In this document: piece after piece, positions 60,801 through 64,000 of the stretch | How positions within the stretch are numbered: the first letter of the stretch is position 1 | Layout of the letters: each line of letters begins with the position of its first letter | Origin: Bugula neritina | Taxonomy: Eukaryota > Animalia > Bryozoa | Reading direction: 5' to 3' | DNA: 64,000 nucleotides | NCBI GenBank assembly: GCA_964035545.1 | Contig: OZ037768.1 | Location: 12,719,675 to 12,783,674, forward strand | Notes under the pieces: model-generated | The model's database searches: none | What the model was told of the DNA's origin: nothing | What the model saw: only the letters and a program-made list of their open reading frames with translations | Translations under genes and position numbers: made by a program

Positions 60801-63338
60801 CCACAACAGCGGCACTCACAACAGCGGACCCCACAACAGCGGACCCCACAACAGCGGCACCCACAACAGCGGAACCCACAACAGCGGCACCCACAACAGC
60901 GGACCCCACAACAGCGGACCCCACAACAGCGGCACCCACAACAGCGGCACCCACAACAGCGGACCCCACAACAGCAGACCCAACAACAGCGGCACCCACA
61001 ACAGCGGACCCCACAACAGCGGCACCCACAACAGCGGCACCCACAACAGCGGACCCCACAACAGCAGACCCAACAACAGCGGCACCCACAACAGCGGCAC
61101 CCACAACAGCGGACCCTACAACAACGGCACCCACAACAGCGGATCCCACAACAGCAGACCCCACAACAGCGGCACCCACAACAGGGGACCCCACAACAGC
61201 AGACCCCACAACAGCGGACCCCACAACAGCGGCACCCACAACAGCGGCACCCACAACAGCAGACCCCGCAACAGCGGCACCCACAACAGCGACACCCACA
61301 ACAGCGGCACCCACAACAGCGGACCCCACAACTGCGGAACCCACAACAGCGGACCCCACAACTGCGGAACCCACAACAGCGGCACCCACAACAGCGGACC
61401 CCACAACAGCGGACCCCACAACAGCGACACCCACAACAGCGGCACCCACAACAGCGGCACCCACAACAGCAGACCCCACAACAGCGGCACCCACAACAGC
61501 GACACCCACAACAGCGGCACCCACAACAGCGGACCCCACAACAGCGGACCCCACAACAGCGAACCCCACAACAGCGGCACCCACAACAGGGGACCCCACA
61601 ACAGCAGACCCCACAACAGCGGACCCCACAACAGCGGCACCCACAACAGCGGCACCCACAACAGCAGACCCCACAACAGCGGCACCCACAACAGCGACAC
61701 CCACAACAGCGGCACCCACAACAGCGGACCCCACAACAGCGGACCCCACAACAGCGACACCCACAACAGCGGCACCCACAACAGCGGACCCCACAACAGC
61801 GGACCCCACAACAGCGGCACCCACAACAGCGGCACCCACAACAGGGGACCCCACAACAGCAGACCCCACAACAGCGGACCCCACAACAGCGGCACCCACA
61901 ACAGCGGCACCCACAACTGCGGAACCCACAACAGCCGCACCCACAACAGCCGCACCCACAACTGTGGCACCCACAACTGCGGCACCCACAACTGCGGAAC
62001 CCACAACAGCGGACCCCACAACAGCGGCACCCACAACAGCTACACCCACAACAGCGGCACCCACAACAGCGGACCCCACAACAGCGGCACCCACAACAGC
62101 TACACCCACAACAGCGGCACCCACAACAGCGACACCCACAACAGCGGCACCCACAACAGCGGACCCCACAACAGCGGACCCCACAACAGCGGCACCCACA
62201 ACAGCGGCACCCACAACAGGGGACCCCACAACAGCAGACCCCACAACAGCGGACCCCACAACAGCGGCACCCACAACAGCGGCACCCACAACTGCGGAAC
62301 CCACAACAGCCGCACCCACAACAGCCGCACCCACAACTGTGGCACCCACAACTGCGGCACCCACAACTGCGGAACCCACAACAGCGGACCCCACAACAGC
62401 GGCACCCACAACAGCTACACCCACAACAGCGGCACCCACAACAGCGGACCCCACAACAGCGGCACCCACAACAGCTACACCCACAACAGCGGCACCCACA
62501 ACAGCGACACCCACAACAGCGGCACCCACAACAGCGGAACCCACAACAGCGGACCCCACAACAGCGACACCCACAACAGCGGCACCCACAACAGCGGCAC
62601 CCACAACAGCAGACCCCACAACAGCGGCACCCACAACAGCGACACCCACAACTGTGGCACCCACAACAGCGGACCCCACAACAGCGGAACCCACAACAGC
62701 GGACCCCACAACAGCGGCACCCACAACAGCTACACCCACAACAGCGGCACCCACAACAGCGACACCCACAACAGCGGCACCCACAACAGTGGACCCCACA
62801 ACAGCGGACCCCACAACAGCGACACCCACAACAGCGGCACCCACAACAGCGGACCCCACAACAGCGAACCCCACAACAGCGGCACCCACAACAGGGGACC
62901 CCACAACAGCAGACCCCACAACAGCGGACCCCACAACAGCGGCACCCACAACAGCGGCACCCACAACAGCAGACCCCACAACAGCGGCACCCACAACAGC
63001 GACACCCACAACAGCGGCACCCACAACAGCGGACCCCACAACAGCGGACCCCACAACAGCGACACCCACAACAGCGGCACCCACAACAGCGGACCCCACA
63101 ACAGCGGACCCCACAACGGCGGCACCCACAACAGCGACACCCACAACAGCGGACCCCACAACAGCGGCACCCACAACAGCGGACCCCACAACAGCGGCAC
63201 CCACAACAGCAGCACCCACAACTGCGGCACCCACAACAACGGCGCCCACAACTGCGGCACCCACAACTGCTGCACCAACAACCGCAGCACCTACGACAGC
63301 TGCACCCATAACCGCAGCACCAACAACATCAAATGCAG
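57548..63338 (+). CDS. Secreted mucin-like Pro/Thr/Ala/Asp-rich protein, first coding exon (gene continues beyond the exon)
   Basis: Acceptor ttattgcag just before the ATG, signal-peptide-like MKDFKFITKVILQLALTLFIKQAMIAG, ~1,900 aa of PTTA(A/D/E/T) pentapeptides, and a phase-1 donor gcag|gtagct at 63338/9. Confidence 0.85.
57670..63327 (+). repeat. Coding 15-bp VNTR (CCCACAACAGCGG(C/A)(A/C)), ~375 units
   Basis: Strict 15-bp register with no frameshift over ~5.7 kb. Confidence 0.98.
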
Positions 63339-64000
63339 GTAGCTTTTTTTTTTCTTGCATTTCCTTTTTCTAAACGATTATAAAACCTATAAGGTAGCTT
63401 AATTTGAAACTTGATTTTTCACTACTGCCTGCGGTGTGAAGAGTTAGCCCTCACCTTAAAACACAAACACTATATAACATGTTAATATCTAAGTAAGACA
63501 TTGCTGTGTCAATGCATGCCTTTCAAGCCTGTAGCACCAATATAACTGCAAAGCTGAAGCAATAGAGAAGACAATGAAAGATTACAAGACTTCTTACTGC
63601 TAAAATAGGTCTAGCTTTTTGTCACAGCAGCTTGGAGTATAGTTGGTTACTTTGTAAAAAAAAGAGTTTAGGGTAGCAGGACATGACATGAATTTAAGGA
63701 CTGCTTACTCAGTTTTTTAAATCAGAATTCTTTCATTTTGGTTTTTTCCTAAAATTTATTGCAGTACAAATTTATATTTGTGCTAAAGTCTCATCAAATC
63801 GAGTGTCTAACATAAATTATAATTAATCGGGAAGCTTGTTGTTGACCACTTTTTTATTTTTCTTAAACATAAGGGAAATGACCCATGTTGCTGGTGGAGA
63901 CAACTCTAATTAAAACTTGAGTAATATGGTAATAAAAGCAGAGAGCGCACTCATTGCACACGTAACATATTAAAGCCTAATTTTTGAAGATTTTGTTTTA

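Noticed and set aside
57670-63327. CRISPR-like or antifreeze-glycoprotein interpretation of the repeat
   Set aside because: There are no spacers, and the unit is a Pro-containing pentapeptide rather than an (Ala-Ala-Thr)n tripeptide polyprotein.
57583-63360. 1925-aa antisense ORF (VVGAA) and the other alternative-frame ORFs (HPQQR, WVPLL, CCG)
   Set aside because: By-products of a stop-free 15-bp repeat. Only the plus frame has a signal peptide and flanking splice sites.

Overview
AT-rich, intron-containing metazoan (probably invertebrate) genomic DNA. Most of the window is a direct tandem segmental duplication: unit 1 runs from before base 1 to ~22,690, and unit 2 matches it from 27,722 to ~53,320. 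Each unit carries (i) an apparently intact 11-exon minus-strand 'mini-ankyrin' gene (~492 aa: ~6 ankyrin repeats plus only the first, spectrin-binding ZU5 domain of canonical ankyrin), (ii) an inverted, scrambled plus-strand set of the same ankyrin exons that seems to exchange sequence with the gene, and (iii) a B-box/TRIM-like gene remnant. DNA transposons are abundant: an AcademX relic with XPG-like motifs, several 8-bp-TSD hAT-type non-autonomous elements (some nested) and a long-TIR foldback element. Two (TA)n microsatellite loci were hit repeatedly and independently in the two units by Penelope-like retroelement pieces: an RT fragment, a GIY-YIG C-terminus with a hammerhead ribozyme, three short palindromic hammerhead-bearing elements and a ~270-bp retrozyme-like unit. 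The window ends in a 5.8-kb exon of a secreted PTTA(A/D) mucin-like protein built from a 15-bp VNTR with higher-order duplications. Gene models were spliced by hand and no database searches were run.
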